Assembly: GCA_045633005.1 (NCBI GenBank)
Contig: JAZQXT010000047.1
Coordinates: 33,476-97,475 of the forward strand
Direction: 5' to 3'
From: Eubacteriales bacterium
GTDB lineage: Bacteria > Bacillota > Clostridia > Oscillospirales > CAG-272
DNA: 64,000 bases
Position 1 is the first letter of the stretch, and each line of letters begins with the position of its first letter. Of this stretch, positions 18,158 to 27,369 are shown piece by piece. The position numbers and the translations under genes were made by a program. The notes under the pieces are model-generated. The model worked only from the letters and a program-made list of their open reading frames with translations. It did not search any database and was not told the DNA's origin.

Positions 18158-19249
18158 TTAGAATCTGTAGATCTCGCCCGTTGCGGCAGAGGTGTAGATA
18201 CCCTCAAGGATTCTCGTAATAGTGTAAGCCTGCTCGGGAGTTACGAAGGGCTCGGTATCGTTGAGAATAGCCTCGATAAAGAGTCTTGCCTCGCGGTCTG
18301 CGGGAGTCTCGCCTGCCTTACCGTCGTTATAAGCCGCGCTGTCAGCGGTGAGCTTAGGAACGAAGCGGTACTGTGCGCCGTGGCTTACGCCGTTGATGCG
18401 AACGCCGTCGTTCATATCAGCGCCTGCCTTAGTTCCGCAGAATGCGGTAATAGCTTCCTTGGTGTCAAGCATATTGATAGCCCAAGAGGACTCAAGAACG
18501 ATGGTAGCGCCGTTCTCCATAACTACGAAGCCAAATGCGCTGTCCTCAACGGTGAACTTGCTTCTGTCCCAAGGACCCCAAGCGTTGCCCTGATCAGCGT
18601 CTGCGAGGTTGTTGAGCTTGTGGTAAGCAGTACCTACGCAATACTTGGGCTTGTAGTTGTTAAGGATCCAAAGGGTAAGGTCGAGAGCGTGAGTACCGAT
18701 GTCGATGAGAGGACCGCCGCCCTGCTCCTCCTCGTTAAGGAATACGCCCCAAGTGGGAACCATTCTGCGGCGGAGAGCAGTTGCCTTAGCGTAGTAGATG
18801 TCACCGAAAACGCCGTCCTCTGCCTGAGACTTGAGCCAGAGAGAGTCGGGGCGGTGACGGTTCTGATAACCGATAGAGAGCTTCTTGCCCGTTGCCTTTG
18901 CGGCGTCAAGCATCTTTTTAGCCTCGGCGGAGTTGATAGCCATGGGCTTTTCGCACATAACGTGCTTGCCTGCGTTGAGCGCGTCAACGGTGATAAAGCT
19001 GTGGGAGCGGTTGGGGGTAAGAACGTAAACGACGTCAACGTCCTTGTCCTCGATAACCTTGTGGTAGTCGGTGGTTATATATTCATCGCCCTTACCGAAT
19101 TTAGCGCGAGCCTTGACAGCGCGCTCCTCAACGATATCGCAGAAAGCGATGATCTTAAGATTTTTCTGCTTTACGAGAGCGGGAAGGTGCTTGTTGTTGG
19201 CGATGCCGCCGCATCCGACGATAGCGGCGCGAAGAATAGTGTTGTTCAT
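18158..19249 (-). CDS. Gfo/Idh/MocA family oxidoreductase
   Basis: GCGGIA, HVMCEKPMA, GGGPLIDIGTHALD. Confidence 0.93.
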   Translation of the reverse strand: MNNTILRAAIVGCGGIANNKHLPALVKQKNLKIIAFCDIVEERAVKARAKFGKGDEYITTDYHKVIEDKDVDVVYVLTPNRSHSFITVDALNAGKHVMCEKPMAINSAEAKKMLDAAKATGKKLSIGYQNRHRPDSLWLKSQAEDGVFGDIYYAKATALRRRMVPTWGVFLNEEEQGGGPLIDIGTHALDLTLWILNNYKPKYCVGTAYHKLNNLADADQGNAWGPWDRSKFTVEDSAFGFVVMENGATIVLESSWAINMLDTKEAITAFCGTKAGADMNDGVRINGVSHGAQYRFVPKLTADSAAYNDGKAGETPADREARLFIEAILNDTEPFVTPEQAYTITRILEGIYTSAATGEIYRF

Positions 19250-19416
19250 AGTCCTTTTTCTCCTTTATGTATAGGAAATTACGGGGTTACCCCATTTATA
19301 TTATGATATCATATCTCACTTACAAAATCAATAGTTATCTTGCTAAAAATCAGACATTTTTTGTTACAAACTACCATTTTATTGCCATTTTGGGCATTTG
19401 AGCGGAAAACTCTTGC

Positions 19417-19791
19417 TCAATACCGCTCGTTATACCTGAGCTTGCGCCACAGAGCGCGCGCCTCACGCAGACGGCGGTAGAGCGTCCGCTCGTCGCAGTG
19501 AAGCTCGCCCGCAACGCAAATGACGCGATATGTAAGCTCGTTTGGCATAAGCTTCATTTCGGGCGCGAAGAAATACACCCTGCGCGCCGCCTCCGCCGTA
19601 TCGCACTTGCCCGCGGCTTCAAGAAAGCGCAAGGTCTCCCACACGGCAAAAAGGTCAAGGACTACGCCCTCCGAGCCCGCCCTTTTTACGCGCCGCAAAA
19701 GCGAGAGCGGCTCTTTTTCCTTATCGAGTCCGAGCCGCGCGAATCTCCTGAACGCGCGTATCTCCTCCTCTTTTCTTCTGTCTACCGACAT
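19417..19791 (-). CDS. RinA/ArpU-like transcriptional regulator (C-terminal HTH)
   Basis: 124 aa; VAGELHCDERTLYRRLREA sigma-region-4-like HTH; GGAGGTG RBS. Confidence 0.6.
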   Translation of the reverse strand: MSVDRRKEEEIRAFRRFARLGLDKEKEPLSLLRRVKRAGSEGVVLDLFAVWETLRFLEAAGKCDTAEAARRVYFFAPEMKLMPNELTYRVICVAGELHCDERTLYRRLREARALWRKLRYNERY

Positions 19792-19806
19792 TTTCACCTC
19801 CAAAAC

Positions 19807-19851
19807 AGAACATTTGTTCTATATTATAGCATAAAAAAAGAAGCTTGTCAA
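19807..19851 (-). promoter_or_regulatory. Sigma-A promoter with LexA (SOS) box over the predicted TSS
   Basis: TTGACA(19851-19846)-17nt-TATAAT(19828-19823), then AGAAC-AAAT-GTTCT (19820-19807) matching GAAC-N4-GTTC. Confidence 0.85.
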
Positions 19852-19934
19852 TATAAAAAGTAAAAACAAAAATCAAGCAAAGAAAAAACACGATCCACCT
19901 CCCTCTCCCCGCGCTCTCCCCATAAATCAACGTT

Positions 19935-19959
19935 GCCCCCGACCGAAACGGTCGGGGGC
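19935..19959 (-). terminator. Terminator hairpin
   Basis: GCCCCCGACCG-AAA-CGGTCGGGGGC after the LRR gene. Confidence 0.7.
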
Positions 19960-19967
19960 GAAATTGA

Positions 19968-22112
19968 TTATTGATTTTGTTCGGGTTCTGCGGGTTTAGC
20001 GCTGATGTGGGTAAGGTATCCGGGCTTGCCGTCCTTACCGTCAACTATAGCATATTCTTTATCGGTTTTGGTGGAATCAAATGTCGTATTGTTGCCACCC
20101 ACCAAGCTATTGCATCTGGCAAACATTTCTCTGGACGAATTTTCGTAATTTGTTCCAATGTTGGTTTCTGGGATATTCGACATATCCCAATTATCGCCTA
20201 CATAGATCTTGGTCAATTTACAAGGGCGAGTTGTTACGTTAGTATCCTGCGCAAACATCCTTAGCGCCAGCAACACGTTTCTCGTATCAAACGACGAAAG
20301 ATCCAATTCTTTCAGGCTGGAGCATCTGTAAAACATTTCATACATAGTGTTGACATTGCTCGTATCCCAAGTGTTCAGACCTATGATCTCCTCAAGCAAA
20401 CCGCAGTTTTCAAACACCTGCGCCATATTAACTACCTTTTGGGTGTTAAAGCTGGAAAGGTCGATTGTTTTAAGAACAGTACAATCATTAAACATACCGT
20501 CAATGTTCTCAAGGCTCGCGGTGTTCCAACCGTCAAAATTTATTTTTTCTAACCTGTAACAATCGGCAAACATATGGTACATAGTAGTAACCTTGTCTAC
20601 CTCAAGTCCGCTAAGATCCAGTTCTTTCAGATAACCGCATCCGTAGAACATAGACTGCATATTGGTAAGGCTGAGAGTTTCCCAATTGCTAACGTTAATA
20701 GATAGCAAGCCTTGGTCGCCTTTGTTGGCTTTTGCAGCAGAAATAAAGCTTTGAAAAGTGGTGACCTTACGAACATCCCAATTGTCAACTGCCAACGTGG
20801 TAAGTCCCCTGCATATGCTGAACGTTCGTTCCATGTCCGTTACGTTTCCAACGTTCCAAGAACCAACAGCAAGCTCTGTAAGACTACAGCAATTATAAAA
20901 CGTACGGTTCATAGTATTAACGTTACTAACGTCCCATTCCGATACATCCAGATCAACGAGCGCTGAACAGTTATTGAACATACTCGCCATCGTTTCCGTG
21001 CGGCTCAACTTCAAATTAGTTGTACCAACCTTTTTCAAAGCAGTCATATTCATAAACAGCTCGTTGCTGTTCTTAGGCGTATATATCGCACTGTCAGCAA
21101 GGACGTAGATATCGTAGTTTGCGGCGTTGTCGGCATTGGGAAGATAGTAAGTATAAACTACCGCATCCTGCTCGACGCTCGTGAGAGTGCCCGCGTAGCC
21201 TTCGACCTTGTCAGCGTAGTCTTTGTTAAAACCAAACGTTATGTTTGCCACCTTGTCGGTGATAAGAGCATCGGCATTTCCATTAAGATTATGAAGCGCA
21301 GTTTTCAAGTCAATACCAACCACAAGCGTGAGGTTTGCGAAGGGGAAATCACTACCAAATCCCTCATCAAGCGCAGTTTCGGGATCTTTAAAGCCCGTGG
21401 ACTGGATAGCCTGAGTCCTTACAAGAACCTTATAATCGTTTCCAAAAGCATCTACCTCTTCGTTGGTAGCGTAGGAATCAAGCGCGATCTGCGAAAGGCT
21501 TATTTCCGTAACAGCTTCAGGCACTAACTCTATCTGATAGGTAGCCTTTGCGATAAAATACGTTTCGCCGTTGATTTCGGCAAGGCGCGGCTCCCACTCC
21601 CATTTCCACTGTTTTTCATCGTCATTCAGATTTATGTGTATCTTATCTTGGAACTCGTTAAAATCCGTATAGCTTCCCGCCTCAAACGCGAAGAAAACTC
21701 GGACGTATGCACCGTAGTCGCCGTTATTTCTTACGAAAACCATCTTATCAACTTCGTTGTTGATCTTCGCAGGGTCCCAAATGGGAGAGGTATAACCCGC
21801 CTTGATAGCATTTCCTTCGTTATCGTGGTCCCACTTAACGTGAGCGTTATCCTGCTCGCTAAAGGAGTAGTCAAACTCGCCATTGATGACTGCGGGAATC
21901 AGGGGCTTGTAATCCTCAAAATTCTTAACTATCTTATCAGCATCCTTCTGCTCGGTATCCACACGCTCATACTCCAGCAGCTCAATATCGACCTTGCCAA
22001 CGGTCATTATGTTTTCAGCTGACGCATCATCCTTAAGATACGCGATAGTGCCGAGGACGGATGCTACTGCAATCAGCGCAAGCGCTAAAACCCATGCTAA
22101 TATTTTTTTCAT
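19968..22112 (-). CDS. BspA/DUF285-type LRR surface protein with SipW-class signal peptide (copy 1)
   Basis: GTIAYLKD signal; repeated WDVSNVNTM..MF-type LRR units. Confidence 0.85.
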   Translation of the reverse strand: MKKILAWVLALALIAVASVLGTIAYLKDDASAENIMTVGKVDIELLEYERVDTEQKDADKIVKNFEDYKPLIPAVINGEFDYSFSEQDNAHVKWDHDNEGNAIKAGYTSPIWDPAKINNEVDKMVFVRNNGDYGAYVRVFFAFEAGSYTDFNEFQDKIHINLNDDEKQWKWEWEPRLAEINGETYFIAKATYQIELVPEAVTEISLSQIALDSYATNEEVDAFGNDYKVLVRTQAIQSTGFKDPETALDEGFGSDFPFANLTLVVGIDLKTALHNLNGNADALITDKVANITFGFNKDYADKVEGYAGTLTSVEQDAVVYTYYLPNADNAANYDIYVLADSAIYTPKNSNELFMNMTALKKVGTTNLKLSRTETMASMFNNCSALVDLDVSEWDVSNVNTMNRTFYNCCSLTELAVGSWNVGNVTDMERTFSICRGLTTLAVDNWDVRKVTTFQSFISAAKANKGDQGLLSINVSNWETLSLTNMQSMFYGCGYLKELDLSGLEVDKVTTMYHMFADCYRLEKINFDGWNTASLENIDGMFNDCTVLKTIDLSSFNTQKVVNMAQVFENCGLLEEIIGLNTWDTSNVNTMYEMFYRCSSLKELDLSSFDTRNVLLALRMFAQDTNVTTRPCKLTKIYVGDNWDMSNIPETNIGTNYENSSREMFARCNSLVGGNNTTFDSTKTDKEYAIVDGKDGKPGYLTHISAKPAEPEQNQ

Positions 22113-22160
22113 AACTTTTTCCTTTGGTTCATTTTATATTAAGCGATAAATATTTCTTCA

Positions 22161-22183
22161 CCCCCGACCGTTTCGGTCGGGGG
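22161..22183 (-). terminator. Terminator hairpin between the LRR paralogs
   Basis: CCCCCGACCG-TTT-CGGTCGGGGG, same stem as 19935-19959. Confidence 0.65.
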
Positions 22184-22192
22184 CAAAAATGA

Positions 22193-24388
22193 TTATTGAT
22201 TCTGATTCTGTTCGGGGTCTGCGGTTTTAGCGCTGATGTGGGTAAAGTATCCGGGCACGGCGGGGGTGTCGCCGATAGCGGGCACGTCGATGCGGGCGTA
22301 TTCTTTATTGGTCTTTTCGGAATCAAATACCGTACCTGCGCCACCTACCAAGCTGGTGCAATTAGTAAATAAACCAGTTGAATCTCCGGGAGGGATACCC
22401 TTCCAACCGTCGCCGACGTAAACGGTCTTGAGGTTCGGGCACTTATAGAATGCATAATTCGTAGCATGCACCTGTTCGGAGTTCATTCCGCTCAGGTTGA
22501 CCTCCACCAAGTTCGTACAATTGGTAAACATATACGCCAAGGATACGGTTTTACCGGGGGCGGGATTAAAGCCGCGCAGATCAAGCTTTGTCAAGTTTAC
22601 GCAGCCCGAGAACATTCCAAAAAATGCTTTAGCCGCGGATTGAGATATATCATATGCGCTTGAGGTAACCCACTTGGAGAAGTCAAGATTAGCTATTTTC
22701 ATTTCATAAACATTATCTACGCCCGCATACGCATCGTATCCTGCAAGGAAACGCTCAAACGTCTCAACCTTGCGCACGTCCCAATTGCTTATATCCAAAT
22801 ATTCAAGTTCCAAGCAACCACCGAACATCGTTTTCATATTGGTTACGTTGCTCGTATCCCACTTGGAAACATCCAAATTGTTAATAACGTAGTCGTTTGC
22901 GAACATTCCATACATATCGGTGACGGCGGAGGTGTTCCAGTTCGAAACGTCTACTGTCTCCAGCGCATAGCAGTTACTAAAGGTCATGCGAAGATTTTGA
23001 ACGTTACTGATGTTCCACTTGCTTACGTCCAAATTATTTATCGCATTACACTTGTTGAAGGTTCTGTAAAGCAAAGTAACCTTACTAACGTCCCAGTTTG
23101 TAAGATTCAAGGTCTTAAGGCAATTGCAATCCTCAAACGTTTGCTGCAAGTTTGTTACATTGGAAGTATCCCAATTTGTAGTATCCATAGCCTGCATACG
23201 GTAGCACCTATAGAACATACGGTACATATTGGTAGTCTTGCTTACGTCCAAGTTTTCTGTATTAACGTTGATCAGCCAATCCATAGTCGCAAAAAGGTTG
23301 CTACTGTCAGCAGGGGTATAAATAGGACCGTCGGCGAGGACGTAAAGGTCGTACATCGGTACTTCCTTTACTACGTTACCGTCCGCATCCGTTTCCGTTC
23401 TGATGTCGGGGACGTAGTAGGTCTTGACCTGCGACTCCTGATCAACGTTGGTGTGCACGCCCTCGTAGCCATTAACGATAGAGAGATAGTCCTTGTTTTT
23501 GCCAAATGTTACGCTATCGACCGAGGAGGTTATCTTGGTTCCATTAGCATCGCCGTTCAGATAATGCAGCGCGGTATAAAGGTTTACACCTTCAATGTAA
23601 ATGTTGTCAAACGGGAAATCTTCGCCAAAGCCTTCGCTCAAAGCCTCGTCGGGAGTCTTGAAGCCCGCGGACTGAATGCCCTGCGCGTTTACGAAGACCT
23701 CGTAGGTATCGCCAAATGCCGCCACCTGTTCGTTGGTTGCAGTGGAATCAAGCGCGATCTGCGAAAGAGTTATATCGGTAAAGTCGCCGGGCAACAGCTC
23801 TTTTTTATAAGTAGCATTTGCGATGAAATACTTTCCGCCTTGGGAATTGGTGGCAAGAACCTTCTCCCATTCCCACTCCCAATCACCTGTTTCGTTCAGG
23901 TTCAGGTGGATCATTTTACGGAATTCATCAAAATCGGTGAACGCGCCCGCCTCAAACGCAAAATAGATGCGAACGTACGCGCCGTAATCGCCCTTATTTT
24001 TAAGGAAGACCATCTTATCAACTTCGTTGTTGATCTTCGCAGGGTCCCAGATGGGCGAGGTATAGCCGTCATCGTCGTTCTGCTGCTGCCACTTAACGGC
24101 ATCCTGCGTCCAATCGACGTAAGTATCGCCGGGAGTGTAATCAAAGCCTTTTTCGATAACGGCGGGGAGCAAGGGCTTGTTATCGTGGAACTCCTGCACC
24201 TTTGCATCCGCGTCCTTAGTCTCGGTATCGATACGCTCGTACTCGAGCAGTTCGATGTCAACGTTACCGATGGTCATAACGTTAGTCTCGGAGTCCGTGT
24301 CCGTAAGGTACGCGATAGTTGCGGCAATGGAAATGAGAATGGTAAGAACCACAGCAACAACACCAAGAAGTATCTTTCTCTTTTTCAT
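22193..24388 (-). CDS. BspA/DUF285-type LRR surface protein with SipW-class signal peptide (copy 2)
   Basis: MKKRKILLG...ATIAYLTDTD; WDTSNVTNM repeats; start reassigned to 24388. Confidence 0.85.
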   Translation of the reverse strand: MKKRKILLGVVAVVLTILISIAATIAYLTDTDSETNVMTIGNVDIELLEYERIDTETKDADAKVQEFHDNKPLLPAVIEKGFDYTPGDTYVDWTQDAVKWQQQNDDDGYTSPIWDPAKINNEVDKMVFLKNKGDYGAYVRIYFAFEAGAFTDFDEFRKMIHLNLNETGDWEWEWEKVLATNSQGGKYFIANATYKKELLPGDFTDITLSQIALDSTATNEQVAAFGDTYEVFVNAQGIQSAGFKTPDEALSEGFGEDFPFDNIYIEGVNLYTALHYLNGDANGTKITSSVDSVTFGKNKDYLSIVNGYEGVHTNVDQESQVKTYYVPDIRTETDADGNVVKEVPMYDLYVLADGPIYTPADSSNLFATMDWLINVNTENLDVSKTTNMYRMFYRCYRMQAMDTTNWDTSNVTNLQQTFEDCNCLKTLNLTNWDVSKVTLLYRTFNKCNAINNLDVSKWNISNVQNLRMTFSNCYALETVDVSNWNTSAVTDMYGMFANDYVINNLDVSKWDTSNVTNMKTMFGGCLELEYLDISNWDVRKVETFERFLAGYDAYAGVDNVYEMKIANLDFSKWVTSSAYDISQSAAKAFFGMFSGCVNLTKLDLRGFNPAPGKTVSLAYMFTNCTNLVEVNLSGMNSEQVHATNYAFYKCPNLKTVYVGDGWKGIPPGDSTGLFTNCTSLVGGAGTVFDSEKTNKEYARIDVPAIGDTPAVPGYFTHISAKTADPEQNQNQ

Positions 24389-24438
24389 GATCTTATTCCT
24401 TTCAGAATATTTATAGCGGTTTATCCAATGCGATAAAA

Positions 24439-24664
24439 ACATAATTCGCATTATGTTGCACAGGATACACCTATACAGATAAATTTTAACATGTAAATTC
24501 TAAAAAGTCAACAGTTCTTCATAAAAAACGGCACAAAAACAACACCAATGATACCGATTTTTTCATTGGCTTTGTTTTTGCGCCCTTTTTTGGCAGATAT
24601 TAGTAGAGTCGTTGGCTATGTAGAAAATAATCTTTCCCTAAATGCAACATAATGCGAATTATGT
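24439..24664. promoter_or_regulatory. Invertible promoter segment bounded by 22-bp inverted repeats
   Basis: ACATAATTCGCATTATGTTGCA (24439-24460) and its exact reverse complement (24643-24664); internal TTGACT-17-TAAAAT promoter faces the LRR gene. Confidence 0.85.
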
Positions 24665-24723
24665 GATATTTAATGTCGGTGTTTTTAGCATCGGCTTTTT
24701 TTATAGCGGCGCTATGCGCAAGG

Positions 24724-25563
24724 TCAAACTATCAAGCGCATATTTTCCATCTTACGCTTGTGCTCCTCGCCCGTTGTGACTATATATATCCGCGTGGTGT
24801 TGATGTTGCTGTGACCGAGAATGTCCGCGAGCTTGGCGATGTCCTTTTCGATTCCGTAAAACGTCCGCGCGAAAAGGTGGCGCAGATTATGCGGAAACAC
24901 CTTAGCGGGCGAAACGTGCGCATCTGCGCACAAACGCTTCATCTCGCGCCAGATGCTGCATCGCTCCATCGGCTTCCCTGCTTTTGTTAGGAACACGCAG
25001 CCCGTCGCAATTCTGTTTCTTTTGGCATAATTTAATAGTTTTTTCTGCAATCCCCGAACGATAAAGACCGTTCGGGTCTTATTTTTGCAGGACACCACCG
25101 TCTCGCCCTTGCGCACGGCTTCTACCGTGATAAACCGCAATTCACTAACGCGGATACCCGTGCCGCATATCGTTTGCAGTATCAGATTTAATCTCTCGTT
25201 TCCCTTTTGCTTTGCGGCGTTGACCAAGCGAAAATATTCGTCTTTAGTCAATTCGCGCTCCTCTGAGCAGAACGCCTTTCTTTGAATTTTAAACTGCTTG
25301 ATGCAAAGCTCACCCCACCCTAAAAAGCGAAAGAAAGCATTTAGTGCCGCTATCATTGAGTTTGCGCTTGACAGCTCATATTTTTCGGCAAGATATGCCT
25401 TGAACTCTATAGCAAGCGTTTTGCTGATTTCTCTTACGCTTGCAAATTCGCGGAGGAACCGCACGTCACGAATATACTTTTGTATTGTATTTTCGCTTTT
25501 TTCCTCAAATCGAAGGTAATTTTCAAATTCTTCAACAGCTGAATCGGTAATTATTTTTTTCAC
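24724..25563 (-). CDS. Tyrosine recombinase (putative invertase)
   Basis: TGIRVSEL, K(NK)TR, FPHNLRHLFA, LGHSNINTTRIY catalytic residues. Confidence 0.92.
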   Translation of the reverse strand: MKKIITDSAVEEFENYLRFEEKSENTIQKYIRDVRFLREFASVREISKTLAIEFKAYLAEKYELSSANSMIAALNAFFRFLGWGELCIKQFKIQRKAFCSEERELTKDEYFRLVNAAKQKGNERLNLILQTICGTGIRVSELRFITVEAVRKGETVVSCKNKTRTVFIVRGLQKKLLNYAKRNRIATGCVFLTKAGKPMERCSIWREMKRLCADAHVSPAKVFPHNLRHLFARTFYGIEKDIAKLADILGHSNINTTRIYIVTTGEEHKRKMENMRLIV

Positions 25564-25852
25564 AACAAACTCCTTGCCTGAGGTTTAATATGATAATTTA
25601 GTATTCCCAAGTAAATAAAGAAAAACATCTGCTTAAAATTACAGATGCTAAAAAATAAACCGTATTTTCTTTAAATGTGAGTTATATTCGCCACAAGCCA
25701 CGCCAACGGTCCCACTCTTTAAATAACGTATTAAAGCGCTATATATTTGCGTTTATTATATCAGTTTTTTCAAACTCCGTCAATTATTCCCCCTATCACA
25801 TTTATGGAATCTTTAGTAGTCACCACAGGCATTTAGCTTATGGTGACTACTT

Positions 25853-26046
25853 CTTTACCCCGCCCTTCGCGCGCGTGTTACGGTAGGAACGAACGGGCTT
25901 GAGGCTATCGTTTTCGCCATTTGCTCCATCGCGTCACAGCGGACGGCTTCCGCACGCGAGATCGGGGCGGTCGCGGTCGGCTCGAATATGCGTCTGCAAT
26001 ACGGCTCGTCAAAGCTTTGCATGGCGATATATTCTCTGTTGCCTAT
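25853..26046 (-). repeat. 194-bp direct repeat: 3' fragment of the xis-like gene at 44648-45169
   Basis: Near-identical to 44646-44839 (only a few substitutions). Confidence 0.9.
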
Positions 26047-26073
26047 ATACCCAAACTTCGCATACGCCCATCA

Positions 26074-26610
26074 TTACTCCTCGCTCTCGCCCCCGCTCTC
26101 TTGGGTTACCGCGTCGGTTTTTGCGCTTTTTACGAGAGGAAGTGCGCGCTTTGTCCTGAACATATCGAACGCGATGACTCCCGCGCAGGCAAGAGCGAGA
26201 ACAGCCGCCACGACGTGATATTTGGGATGCCCCGTTTGGAAATACGTTTTCATAGCGTCTGCGGCAACGTCGATAAACGAAACCGCCTCGTTGGCATATA
26301 TCCTCGACGCCAAGACTGTGACGAAGAAATTCGTGCTCATGAGGACGATCATATAAAGCACTACGCACGCCGCCGCTGACGCAATTTTCGCCCAAATGCG
26401 GCAAAGTTTGGATTGTACGAAGACAAAAACACTCAACGCAAGAAGCGCATCACACGCGAATGAAGCGTATTCAAAATCCGCGGAAATCAACTGTTCTCCT
26501 CGGCCGCCGTGACAGATGAGCACTATAAGCAAAGCCTTTATGCAAACGGATAATGCCGCAAAAATGCTTATCGTAACGGCTTTAAATTTAAAATCAAATT
26601 TAATTTTCAT
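26074..26610 (-). CDS. Hypothetical integral membrane protein
   Basis: Four hydrophobic segments; AAGGAG RBS. Confidence 0.65.
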   Translation of the reverse strand: MKIKFDFKFKAVTISIFAALSVCIKALLIVLICHGGRGEQLISADFEYASFACDALLALSVFVFVQSKLCRIWAKIASAAACVVLYMIVLMSTNFFVTVLASRIYANEAVSFIDVAADAMKTYFQTGHPKYHVVAAVLALACAGVIAFDMFRTKRALPLVKSAKTDAVTQESGGESEE

Positions 26611-26623
26611 GTTTTCTCCTTAT

Positions 26624-27217
26624 TCATAAATTAGAATGAATATTAAAAACGTCTTTGCCCAGTATTTCGTTGATTCTTTGGGATACATACTTCATCTTTT
26701 CCTCAATCACAGAGAATGTGGGGATTTCAATAAATCTTGGATGTTTTTTCCATACCAGTTTGGTTTTTTCTGCAAGAATAATCGCCTCATCTGAATCTTC
26801 AAGTCTTTGTATATCTCCGTTTTCTTTTGAAAAAAATTCAGGGCTGGTTTTTAAAAAAATAACAGCTTCGTAATGAGTGATCGTGGCTAGTGTTAAATGC
26901 TCATCGAACATTTCAAGCTCGGTTGCTGAAAGATAGGCAAACACATCGTGTTTTCCACGGTCGCATATCACAACCTCGACATCTTCGTCTGCGCAGGCTT
27001 CTGCCTCCGCATCTAGTTGAAGGCGATAAATCATTTTTTGGAAGTGCACTCGATCATTTTTCGCGTCAGGGTGCGCTTTTAAAATAAATGAAGCCGCTTC
27101 ATCGATGAAGCGAATTTTTCCCGCGAACTCAGGAGAAACGTTATTTTGTAGAAAGCGAAGCGTCTGCGTTTTGCCAGAACACGGCCCGCCGGCGATAACT
27201 ATTATTTTAGCAGACAT
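26624..27217 (-). CDS. P-loop nucleotide kinase-like ATPase (AAA_28/NadR-like)
   Basis: GGPCSGKT Walker A, DEAAS, ICDRG. Confidence 0.8.
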   Translation of the reverse strand: MSAKIIVIAGGPCSGKTQTLRFLQNNVSPEFAGKIRFIDEAASFILKAHPDAKNDRVHFQKMIYRLQLDAEAEACADEDVEVVICDRGKHDVFAYLSATELEMFDEHLTLATITHYEAVIFLKTSPEFFSKENGDIQRLEDSDEAIILAEKTKLVWKKHPRFIEIPTFSVIEEKMKYVSQRINEILGKDVFNIHSNL

Positions 27218-27369
27218 GATTTCAACCTCATTAGTTTTCTTAGTCGCAGGAGCTTACAAGTAAGCCCCTGCGGTCTTTTATTAAGACAACTCCGAACTTA
27301 TAGATGTTTTCATATACAGAAATTCACCAAGCCATTATTGCATTAATAAAGAAAATTACTGTATGATAA

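Noticed and set aside
17066..19306. 746-aa plus-strand ORF
   Set aside because: Antisense to two well-supported genes with strong codon bias, which suppresses stops on the opposite strand
19968..24388. Diversity-generating retroelement acting on the LRR paralogs
   Set aside because: No reverse transcriptase in the window and the differences between copies do not look adenine-specific
22997..24436. 479-aa plus-strand ORF
   Set aside because: Antisense shadow of the LRR surface protein
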